Origin: a virus | Taxonomy: Duplodnaviria; Caudoviricetes | IMG/VR virus record: IMGVR_UViG_3300048998_000127 | Coordinates: 1-56,774 of that record | Strand: one strand, 5' to 3' | DNA length: 56,774 nt | Shown here: piece by piece, positions 17,631 to 23,928 of the stretch | Layout of the letters: every line of letters starts with the position of its first letter | Position numbering within the stretch: the stretch's first letter is position 1 | Notes under the pieces: model-generated | Told to the model about the DNA's origin: nothing | The model's input: only the letters and a program-made list of their open reading frames with translations | Databases searched by the model: none | Made by a program: the position numbers and the translations under genes

Positions 17631-17725
17631 GCCCCGTCCGGGTGGGGTCGGTCGTCGTCCGGGCCGTTCATGCGGTCGTTGAGCTCGAAGGTTTCGGCCA
17701 ACTCGATGTAGTCGATGTCCGTCAT
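17627..17725 (-). CDS. 32-aa acidic peptide (likely leaderless)
   Basis: MTDIDYIELAETFELND...; ATG 6 nt after the -10. Confidence 0.55.
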   Translation of the reverse strand: MTDIDYIELAETFELNDRMNGPDDDRPHPDGA

Positions 17726-17731
17726 GTGTCT

Positions 17732-17760
17732 ATCTAACCCCACGAGACGGTGGGTGTCAA
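17732..17760 (-). promoter_or_regulatory. Promoter with palindromic spacer
   Basis: TTGACA-CCCACCGTCTCGTGGGG-TTAGAT; 25 nt identical to the 24741-24765 promoter region. Confidence 0.75.
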
Positions 17761-17772
17761 CACCTGCGGGCA

Positions 17773-17843
17773 AACGAAAGGCCCAGGGGGTCCGGTCGTC
17801 TGGACCGGTGCTCGCCGCCATGTAGCACCCCTGGGCCTTCGTT
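17773..17843 (-). terminator. Terminator-like stem enclosing two hairpins, ends the ncRNA cluster
   Basis: GGCCCAGGGG/CCCCTGGGCC followed by TTTCGTTT. Confidence 0.6.
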
Positions 17844-17975
17844 GTGCAGGTCCGCCACGCGGTGCGGATCCCTGCGAGCTCTACCCGTTCGGCGGAGGCC
17901 CGCCAGGTCCCTCCCGACTTCGATCTCTCCGGGCCTTCCTGGTGGCATATCCGCGCGTAGCGGCGCGTGTGCCCT

Positions 17976-18043
17976 GCGGGTGAGCGGGACTCGAACCCAG
18001 CACCTCCCCTACGCGGGGGCTCTGCCAATTGAGCTACCACCCT
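17976..18043 (-). tRNA. tRNA-like RNA 1 (non-canonical anticodon arm; identity not assignable)
   Basis: GGGTGG/TCACCC acceptor, TAGCTCAATTGGCAGAGC D arm, GGGTTCGAGTCCC T arm; anticodon arm CCCC-GCGTA-GGGG. Confidence 0.7.
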
Positions 18044-18047
18044 GTTC

Positions 18048-18132
18048 GGTGCCCGCCAGCCCTCTACTAGTCCCCGGTTCCCGGTTGCGAGGCCGGTACT
18101 AAGGGGAGTGTTCAAGGGCCGGTCGGGGCACC
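18048..18132 (-). ncRNA. Structured rod with two AGUA/GAA bulged-G motifs
   Basis: Four stacked helices; internal loops UAGUA/GAAC twice. Confidence 0.6.
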
Positions 18133-18178
18133 CGGCGGCTGGCTATCGTGACCCGCCGGCCACGGCTCCTACCGCCTT

Positions 18179-18250
18179 GCGTGGTGCCGGGGACGCGAAC
18201 CCCGGATCTCCCGGCCTGAACCGGATGCTCTGCCGTTGAGCTACACCACT
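18179..18250 (-). tRNA. tRNA-like RNA 2 (6-nt anticodon loop UUCAGG)
   Basis: GTGGTG/CACCAC acceptor, TAGCTCAACGGCAGAGC D arm, TCCGG-TTCAGG-CCGGG, CCGGGG-TTCGCGT-CCCCGG. Confidence 0.75.
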
Positions 18251-18354
18251 CCACCTGGTCGCCAGACGTAGCTGGCCCTGGGAGTTTGTTCCGGCCCGGT
18301 CGTTGCGAGCGAGTCACGGCATGGTTGCCGCCGGGCCGGTGGTCTTCACCTGTC

Positions 18355-18384
18355 AACCTACACACCGCCGCTACAGGCTGTCAA
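18355..18384 (-). promoter_or_regulatory. SigA-type promoter of the ncRNA cluster
   Basis: TTGACA-N18-TAGGTT. Confidence 0.7.
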
Positions 18385-18643
18385 CGCCTTCCGGCAGCAG
18401 CACCACCAGAGGGAAGGGAACATCCCACAGCTTGACCTTCAGGCCCAGCAGCAGGGCACCGTCGAAGCCGTTCGGGTAGCTCATCGGGACCAGCAGCTGC
18501 CATCGCAGGTACGGCGATACGTACGGACGTAGGTGGTAGACCTGCATGGCCGCCGTGACAGCAGCGTGCATCTCCTGCGCGTTGGCCCCGATGCCGGCCC
18601 CGCATGCCGCCCACATCTGGTCCAGGACGTCGTCCGTGCTCAC
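18371..18643 (-). CDS. Hypothetical protein
   Basis: GTGA overlap; VSTDDVLDQMW. Confidence 0.65.
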   Translation of the reverse strand: MSTDDVLDQMWAACGAGIGANAQEMHAAVTAAMQVYHLRPYVSPYLRWQLLVPMSYPNGFDGALLLGLKVKLWDVPFPLVVLLPEGVDSL

Positions 18644-19098
18644 CGGGGCCACCAGTCGGGCAGGGTGTCGAAGTCGGGCCGCCAGTCGACAGGCAGCAGC
18701 GACGGCAGGAGCACCGGCACGTACTCCGGCAGCGGCACCTTCCCGTAGTGCATGGACCACGGACGGTGGCGCACCCCCAGGTTGAGGTCATCGAAGGTGC
18801 GGTCGACGCTCTCGCTAAGGCCGCCGCCCTTGATCACCAGCTTGGTGTAGAGCGTGAGCCTGGAGAAACACCACGGGCTGCGCTCGGTCACGATCTGTCG
18901 CGGGTCGCCCCGGTGCGCCGCCCAGCGGGCCCGCAGGTGGATGGGCCGCCAGGTGCGCGGCCTCTTGCTGCTGTCCCAGTCCAGCATCGTGATGTCGGGC
19001 CGGCCGGCCAGCGAGCGCGTGACGTACAGGTTGACGGACAGCTCGGATCCGATGGTCTCGACCAGCTCTGACGGCTGGACGGTCAGGTCGTCGCTCAC
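18640..19098 (-). CDS. Hypothetical protein
   Basis: GTGA overlap; VSDDLTVQPSEL. Confidence 0.65.
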   Translation of the reverse strand: MSDDLTVQPSELVETIGSELSVNLYVTRSLAGRPDITMLDWDSSKRPRTWRPIHLRARWAAHRGDPRQIVTERSPWCFSRLTLYTKLVIKGGGLSESVDRTFDDLNLGVRHRPWSMHYGKVPLPEYVPVLLPSLLPVDWRPDFDTLPDWWPR

Positions 19099-19415
19099 TG
19101 GGCGTCCCACGTCTTGCTCGACTCCTTCGTCAGGGTGTTCCGCTCCGCGCGGGCCAAGCTGCGGACGGCGGGTCGGCTGCTGTGCAACGCGCCCTCCACC
19201 GTGCTCCACAGGCCCGCCATCGGGTGCGGCATGGTCTTGGTGCTGCCCTTGCGGGTGAAGCCGTGCCCGCCCATCCTGAAGGGCGTCGCGACCCGCTGCG
19301 ACCCGCTCACGCGTCGCATCCGGCGGCCGTCCGTGGTGGACGATGCCGTGGTCCCGATCCGTGCCATTGGTCCGATCCTTTCCGTCGGGGTGCCGGACCC
19401 GGTGAAGTCCAGCAC
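19095..19415 (-). CDS. Hypothetical basic protein
   Basis: GTG immediately after promoter 19420-19449. Confidence 0.6.
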   Translation of the reverse strand: MLDFTGSGTPTERIGPMARIGTTASSTTDGRRMRRVSGSQRVATPFRMGGHGFTRKGSTKTMPHPMAGLWSTVEGALHSSRPAVRSLARAERNTLTKESSKTWDAQ

Positions 19416-19419
19416 CCCT

Positions 19420-19449
19420 ATTCAATCCCACCGCGACGGTGGGTGTCAA
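19420..19449 (-). promoter_or_regulatory. Promoter with palindromic spacer
   Basis: TTGACA-CCCACCG-TCG-CGGTGGG-A-TTGAAT. Confidence 0.75.
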
Positions 19450-19452
19450 CCC

Positions 19453-19656
19453 CTACTTGCTGATGCCACTGTGCGTGAACCCGCAGCAACGGCAGGTGTT
19501 CGGCTTCGTGCTGGTCGGGTCACACGCGCAATCGCACTTCCAGCACACCACGAGATCCGTGCTCAGGTGCTCGCACTCGCACTTGCAGGCGATCGTGACC
19601 CCGTTGCGCTTGGTGGTCAGCGGCTGCCCGGAGCGGCCCACGTAGCGTCCGGTCAC
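19453..19656 (-). CDS. Cys-rich microprotein
   Basis: CKCEC...CWKCDCAC...CRCC (10 Cys in 67 aa). Confidence 0.65.
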   Translation of the reverse strand: MTGRYVGRSGQPLTTKRNGVTIACKCECEHLSTDLVVCWKCDCACDPTSTKPNTCRCCGFTHSGISK

Positions 19657-19844
19657 ATCGGCACCCCCGTTCGCTCCCATCGCTCACGCTGTTCGTTGGC
19701 GTACTCGTTCGCAGCACCCAGGGCATCCGTCCAGCGCCGGAAGCCCTGGGTCTTGTCCAGGTTGTGAGGCCCCGGGTCCACCCGGCCGTAACGACCGAAC
19801 ATCCAGTGCCCGGTCAGGCGGTTCTTCCACACGGCCGGCTTCAT
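19653..19844 (-). CDS. Hypothetical protein
   Basis: Overlap chain. Confidence 0.65.
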   Translation of the reverse strand: MKPAVWKNRLTGHWMFGRYGRVDPGPHNLDKTQGFRRWTDALGAANEYANEQRERWERTGVPM

Positions 19845-20095
19845 GGCCAGGTGATCTCGAACGTGCGGGGGCCGATCTTGTCCACGTCCCCGGCGTTGCT
19901 GACGACCCGCTCCAGAACCCTGCGCGCGCTCTCCATGTCGCCCTCCTTCTGGATCTTCACGCGGGTGATGATCGGCTTGCCCGGCTGCGAGTTGAGCGAC
20001 TCGATGGCCACGATGACGGCGGAGAGGGCACCGCGAACCAGCTCGTTGGCGGCCAGGGTGTGCTTGGGTGCGGTCACCTCCAGGTCACCTCCCAT
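19841..20095 (-). CDS. Hypothetical protein, 4th of tandem V/I-x-W set
   Basis: Ends FEITWP. Confidence 0.7.
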   Translation of the reverse strand: MGGDLEVTAPKHTLAANELVRGALSAVIVAIESLNSQPGKPIITRVKIQKEGDMESARRVLERVVSNAGDVDKIGPRTFEITWP

Positions 20096-20328
20096 GTGCG
20101 GGTGGACGACTTACGGACGCCGCTGGCCTTGGTGGTGAAGATGGCGAGTGCGCGGCCGGCCTGCTCCTGCTGGTTGTCGTGCGCGATGGTCACCGTGGTC
20201 ACCCACGGGTCCTCCGGCAGGCCTCGGCCGGTCCGGATGGTCATGCTGTGCACCGTGGGGATCCGAGCGTCGGACAGCACCCGCTCCACGGCGGCCGTGG
20301 CGGCCGTGAGGGTCTTCGGCTTGCTCAT
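20074..20328 (-). CDS. Hypothetical protein, 3rd of tandem V/I-x-W set
   Basis: MSKPKTLT...WEVTWR. Confidence 0.7.
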   Translation of the reverse strand: MSKPKTLTAATAAVERVLSDARIPTVHSMTIRTGRGLPEDPWVTTVTIAHDNQQEQAGRALAIFTTKASGVRKSSTRTWEVTWR

Positions 20329-20329
20329 G

Positions 20330-20578
20330 TCACCACTCCACGTCGATGAGGTTGGACGAGCCGGCTCGCTGTGCCCGCTTGCAGGCGGTGCCGGCGTTGA
20401 TGGCGTGCACCGCCTTGCCCATGGTCTTAGGGTCGTTGTCGCGGATGTACACGTCGGTGACGACCCCGGCCCGTGTCGACCTGCTTTCAACCTGTGTGTA
20501 TGCGACGCCGCTACTCCGCAGGGCGGTCTTGATGCTCTGGGTGGCCAGCGTCGGCGTGATGGGCTGTTGGCGGCTCAC
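20330..20578 (-). CDS. Hypothetical protein, 2nd of tandem V/I-x-W set
   Basis: Ends IDVEW. Confidence 0.7.
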   Translation of the reverse strand: MSRQQPITPTLATQSIKTALRSSGVAYTQVESRSTRAGVVTDVYIRDNDPKTMGKAVHAINAGTACKRAQRAGSSNLIDVEW

Positions 20579-20841
20579 CAGCGCACCATCGCGCCCAGCT
20601 TGCCGTTCTGGGTGATGGTGGCGCTGTCGCCGCCGCGCGCACGGCGCAGGGCGGTGGACAGGTCGGCGTAGTCGAAGCGCTGACCCGACCTCATGGTCAC
20701 CTCCGTGATGGTCACCAGGTTGCCGTCACCGTCTTCCCTGGCCTTGGTGCGGACGCTGCCCGTGATGCCGGCGGCGGACAGGGTTGACAGGACCTCCTGG
20801 TCGGCTCGCTGCTCGATGAGCCGCAGCTCTCCAGCCTTCAT
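20575..20841 (-). CDS. Hypothetical protein, 1st of tandem V/I-x-W set
   Basis: GGAGGG RBS; MKAGEL...AMVRW. Confidence 0.7.
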   Translation of the reverse strand: MKAGELRLIEQRADQEVLSTLSAAGITGSVRTKAREDGDGNLVTITEVTMRSGQRFDYADLSTALRRARGGDSATITQNGKLGAMVRW

Positions 20842-20931
20842 GGTTGTTCCCTCCAGATGGTTAGTTGTACGTAGCAACCTATGGCGCCGCTTGGCTTCCC
20901 CTGCTCACCGGGCGGCCTGGCTTGTGCCCCA

Positions 20932-20959
20932 CCGGGGCCGGCGGGTGGCCGGCCCCCGG
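20932..20959 (-). terminator. Hairpin terminator
   Basis: GGGGCCGGC-N5-GCCGGCCCC stem just after a stop codon. Confidence 0.55.
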
Positions 20960-20966
20960 GTCGAGC

Positions 20967-21227
20967 TCAGGAGTTGAACTCCACCTGGCGCTTGGCCAGC
21001 TCATGGGAGAAGGCGGTGAAGCCGATGCGCTCCAGCTCCTCCGGGGAGCACTTCACGGTGGCCTTCTTCAGGTCGGCCAGGCGGGCGGCCCAGTCGCTGA
21101 CCCGGGTCTTCAGGGCCGCGATACCGGCCTTGCTGGCCAGCAGTTCCGGCTCGGCCTGCTGCGCCTGCCGGCGGCCCTCCTTCTCTGCCTGGGCCATGAG
21201 CCGCTTAGCGTCGATGATCTCGACCAT
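20967..21227 (-). CDS. Hypothetical coiled-coil protein
   Basis: CACTTGGAGG RBS; MVEIIDAKRL. Confidence 0.75.
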   Translation of the reverse strand: MVEIIDAKRLMAQAEKEGRRQAQQAEPELLASKAGIAALKTRVSDWAARLADLKKATVKCSPEELERIGFTAFSHELAKRQVEFNS

Positions 21228-21325
21228 GATGTCCTCCAAGTGTTTCGGTGCCTTGCTGATATGAACTACTCTACCCCCCGGGGCGGTGGGTGTCTACCCC
21301 TCCCGCCCCGGTTCACCCGATCGGC
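21228..21325 (-). promoter_or_regulatory. Repeated promoter cassette C7
   Basis: TAGACA-N17-TAGAGT; CCGGGGCGG/CCGCCCCGG inverted repeat around the -35; TATCAGCA; CACTTGGAG. Confidence 0.8.
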
Positions 21326-21742
21326 TCAGCTGTTCAGGCTGCGGGCCTTCGTGCGGGGCATCGCCATGGCCAGGGCCCGACCGTCCTTCCCCGCCGGAGC
21401 GTCGTCGGACAGGAAGGTCACCATGGTCTTCGTCAGCTTCGTGATGGTGCCGTAGACGGTGCCGCCGATGGTGCTCACGATGATCCGGCCGCCCACCTCG
21501 AAGGTGTCCAGAGCCGGCCTGGCCGCCTTCTGGCCGGCCAGCGTCTTCGGGGCCTCGATGCCCAGGATGCGGCAGCAGTCCTTGCAGGTGACCGGGGCGT
21601 CCGTGACGGAGAAGGTGGCTTCCGCGATCTCGTAGCTGGTCCGGTGATCGCGCCGCATGTTGGAGCAGAGGACCGGGTTGCGGTCGGTGGTGCTGGGAGC
21701 GTGGACTACGGTCCCGTTCTTGGCTACCAGGTTCTTCGTCAT
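21326..21742 (-). CDS. Hypothetical protein (H...C...CxxC Zn domain plus SH3-like C-terminus)
   Basis: VVH...VLC...VTCKDC; FEVGGRII. Confidence 0.75.
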   Translation of the reverse strand: MTKNLVAKNGTVVHAPSTTDRNPVLCSNMRRDHRTSYEIAEATFSVTDAPVTCKDCCRILGIEAPKTLAGQKAARPALDTFEVGGRIIVSTIGGTVYGTITKLTKTMVTFLSDDAPAGKDGRALAMAMPRTKARSLNS

Positions 21743-21841
21743 TTCGACTCCCAAGTGGTTCGTTCTCTTGCTGACAAGAGAAACATTACCGGACGGGGCG
21801 GTGGGTGTCAACAGCTACCCACCGCCAATCCGCCGGTTCAC
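21743..21841 (-). promoter_or_regulatory. Repeated promoter cassette C8
   Basis: GGCGGTGGGT/ACCCACCGCC around TTGACA; TAATGT; TTCTCTTG-TCAG-CAAGAGAA; CACTTGGGAG. Confidence 0.85.
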
Positions 21842-22120
21842 TCAGAAGGAGTACTCCAGCTCCATCATCCAGTCCCGGGCGTCCAGCATGTTCGGGTGAC
21901 CCCCGGGGGTGGGGTACACACGACCCGTCTGGCAGTCCAGGACACCGCGCGAGGTGACGGGGATGACCGCGAACCGGCGACCCTGACGGGCCCTGTGCGC
22001 CTCGGCCATGATCACGTTGGCGTCCGCGTCGGCGGGCAGCTTGCCCAGGGTGATCATCCGGCTGACGAACTGGCGGCCGTCTTCCGAGTGAATGCCGGCC
22101 AGGTTCTGGTTCTTGCCCAT
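21842..22120 (-). CDS. Hypothetical protein
   Basis: GACTTGGGAG RBS. Confidence 0.75.
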   Translation of the reverse strand: MGKNQNLAGIHSEDGRQFVSRMITLGKLPADADANVIMAEAHRARQGRRFAVIPVTSRGVLDCQTGRVYPTPGGHPNMLDARDWMMELEYSF

Positions 22121-22221
22121 GTCGCTCTCCCAAGTCCTGCGGTGTGTTTCCCTGACATGGAGAACACTACCGGTGCGGTGGGCAGCTTGTCAATAGCTAC
22201 CCACCGCACCACCCGAACGGA
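22121..22221 (-). promoter_or_regulatory. Repeated promoter cassette C9
   Basis: 16-bp inverted repeat (one mismatch) 22172-22210 with loop ATTGACA; TAGTGT. Confidence 0.85.
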
Positions 22222-22467
22222 CTAGTACGCCTCCAGCGACTCCCAGTCCAGGCCCAGCGCCTTCGCCAGCTCCACGCCCTTGGCCGTGAAGTACGCGAAG
22301 ACGCAGCCCCGGTCCGCCTGGGTGGTGAGCAGGCCGGCCTTCTTCAGGTCGGTCAGGTTGCCCTTCTGCTCCCGGCTGACCTCCACGATGGGGGTTCCGG
22401 ACCAGTTGCCGGCGTCGTCGACCAGCGAGCGGAACAGCTTCGCGGACTCGGGCGTCAAGGTGATCAT
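22222..22467 (-). CDS. Hypothetical winged-helix-like protein
   Basis: GNLTDLKKAGLL...FTAKG. Confidence 0.75.
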   Translation of the reverse strand: MITLTPESAKLFRSLVDDAGNWSGTPIVEVSREQKGNLTDLKKAGLLTTQADRGCVFAYFTAKGVELAKALGLDWESLEAY

Positions 22468-22565
22468 CGGGGGCTCCAAGTTGTGTGGCGGGTTTTGCTG
22501 ACACCACAAACGTTAATCGGTGGGGCGGTGCGTGTCAACACCTACCCACCGGATCACTCGAATAG
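22468..22565 (-). promoter_or_regulatory. Repeated promoter cassette C10
   Basis: TTCGAGTG, TTGACA-N17-TAACGT, TGTCAGCA, AACTTGGAG; near-identical to C6. Confidence 0.85.
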
Positions 22566-22575
22566 AGCAATCCCA

Positions 22576-22604
22576 TTGACACCCACCGCGCGAGTGGGTA
22601 ACTT
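22576..22604 (+). promoter_or_regulatory. Divergent promoter facing antisense into minus-strand genes
   Basis: TTGACA-CCCAC-N7-GTGGG-TAACTT. Confidence 0.65.
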
Positions 22605-22607
22605 CAG

Positions 22608-22895
22608 TCATGGTGGAGAAGGTTCTCCGTAGGCGTCAGGTCCCTTGGTCCACACTTCCAGCACTGCCGTGCTGACACCCGGCGAGTCCGTAGGCTCCGC
22701 GAACAGTTGCAGCACCGCATCACCCGTGATCGTCACCGATGACGGCATGTACAGCGCACCGCCCACGATGCGGTACTTGCCCGCCTCGCCGTACACGGCC
22801 AGATCGACCACCGCGTCCGCAGCGTCAGGCGTCCCGTCCAGCAGCGCATTCAGATCCCGCACCAGCGCACCCAGCGTGATGGGATGGCCGATCAC
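22608..22895 (-). CDS. Hypothetical protein
   Basis: GTGA overlap; ITLGALVRDL. Confidence 0.65.
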   Translation of the reverse strand: MIGHPITLGALVRDLNALLDGTPDAADAVVDLAVYGEAGKYRIVGGALYMPSSVTITGDAVLQLFAEPTDSPGVSTAVLEVWTKGPDAYGEPSPP

Positions 22896-23296
22896 TCCGA
22901 CCCCTCGGACCACTCCTGAACGGCGGCGGCCACGATGCGGCGAGCCGCGTAGCGTTCGGCCCGGCTGGAGCTGTTGGCCTTGGCGAGCACCCCGCAGATC
23001 ACCTCGAACTTGTCGTCGTCCACAGCCTCCCACAGCTGCGCCAGGGTGATCTGATGGGACAGCGGCGGGGCCTCCGACGGCTCGCCTCCTGCGGCCTGCT
23101 CGGAGGCCCGTTCCGCCTCCACAACACGGGCGGCCAGGGGCACCACGCACAGGCCGTTGATGGTGCCCGGGCCGTGCTCCTGACAGTCGCCGTTGTGGTC
23201 GAAGCGGCACGGCTCATCGCCGCCGCAGTAGTCGACGAACATCTCCAGGCAGTCCAGCGCGGACGGCAGGGCGGCCGGCGGCAGGTCTCGGCTCAT
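22892..23296 (-). CDS. Hypothetical protein (start could extend to 23410)
   Basis: GAAGGA RBS; CRFDHNGDCQEHG...C motif. Confidence 0.7.
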   Translation of the reverse strand: MSRDLPPAALPSALDCLEMFVDYCGGDEPCRFDHNGDCQEHGPGTINGLCVVPLAARVVEAERASEQAAGGEPSEAPPLSHQITLAQLWEAVDDDKFEVICGVLAKANSSSRAERYAARRIVAAAVQEWSEGSE

Positions 23297-23406
23297 GTCC
23301 TTCTCCCTTGGGTGGTAGGCCACGGCCGGCTGGCCGGTGACCGCGAGTAGGGCGAGGTGCGCTCGCCGGGATTCATCCCAGGCGAGCACACCTCCAGCGT
23401 TGTGGA

Positions 23407-23598
23407 TCACGAACCGATGGCCTTGCGGTCCATGATGTCGTTGCCGTGCTTCGGGCACTTGCCGCCGCGCAGGGCCCGGCCGCAGCTGGCCCCCACAACC
23501 TGCTTCACGCTGGTCGTCTTGGTTGTTCCGGGCACGGCCACACGTCCACGGGCCACGACGGCCTCGCGGTAATAGCACACGGTCTGATTTGCCGGCAT
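23407..23598 (-). CDS. Small Cys/His protein
   Basis: C...CG....KCPKHG. Confidence 0.6.
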   Translation of the reverse strand: MPANQTVCYYREAVVARGRVAVPGTTKTTSVKQVVGASCGRALRGGKCPKHGNDIMDRKAIGS

Positions 23599-23599
23599 G

Positions 23600-23758
23600 T
23601 CACTGTCCCCTTCGGACTTCGATCTTGATCGGCGGGTCGCCCTTCGCTCCCGCGTTCACCCAGTCGATGACCCGCTGCGTCTCCCACGGGTCGCACCCGT
23701 GGATGGAGCAGGAGCCAGGCGCGTCGTACAGCACGACCCACTTGACTGGGTCGCCCAT
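23600..23758 (-). CDS. Hypothetical small protein
   Basis: Hand-translated MGDPVKWVVLYDAPG...; TGATG overlap. Confidence 0.55.
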   Translation of the reverse strand: MGDPVKWVVLYDAPGSCSIHGCDPWETQRVIDWVNAGAKGDPPIKIEVRRGQ

Positions 23759-23928
23759 CACACGTGCCCGTTCATGATCTTGTGCAGCAGGGCACCCTCA
23801 CAGGTCTTGCCGCAGGTGTTGGATCCTCGCCGAGCCGGCTTGCGCTTGCAGTTGGCGCACTTCTCCATCGCCTCGCGCGCAGCCTGCACCTTGGCCACGG
23901 CCTTTCTCGCTCCACCGATGATCTTCAC
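23758..23928 (-). CDS. Small C4 zinc-finger-like protein
   Basis: CANC...CGKTC. Confidence 0.6.
   Translation of the reverse strand: MKIIGGARKAVAKVQAAREAMEKCANCKRKPARRGSNTCGKTCEGALLHKIMNGHV

Noticed and set aside
17850-18178. tRNA-associated HDV-like (theta) ribozyme or YrlA/Y RNA
   Set aside because: I could not build the nested pseudoknot by eye, and no Ro60 gene or permuted tRNA fold is present; a motif search is needed to exclude it fully
17750-18365. ORF-track proteins overlapping the ncRNA cluster
   Set aside because: No RBS, atypical codon use, and they overlap clear tRNA-like folds; only the last 32 codons of 17627..18115 look real
4769-22565. CRISPR array or true integron
   Set aside because: Repeats are degenerate and separated by whole genes; no cas gene, tyrosine recombinase or attC R boxes seen
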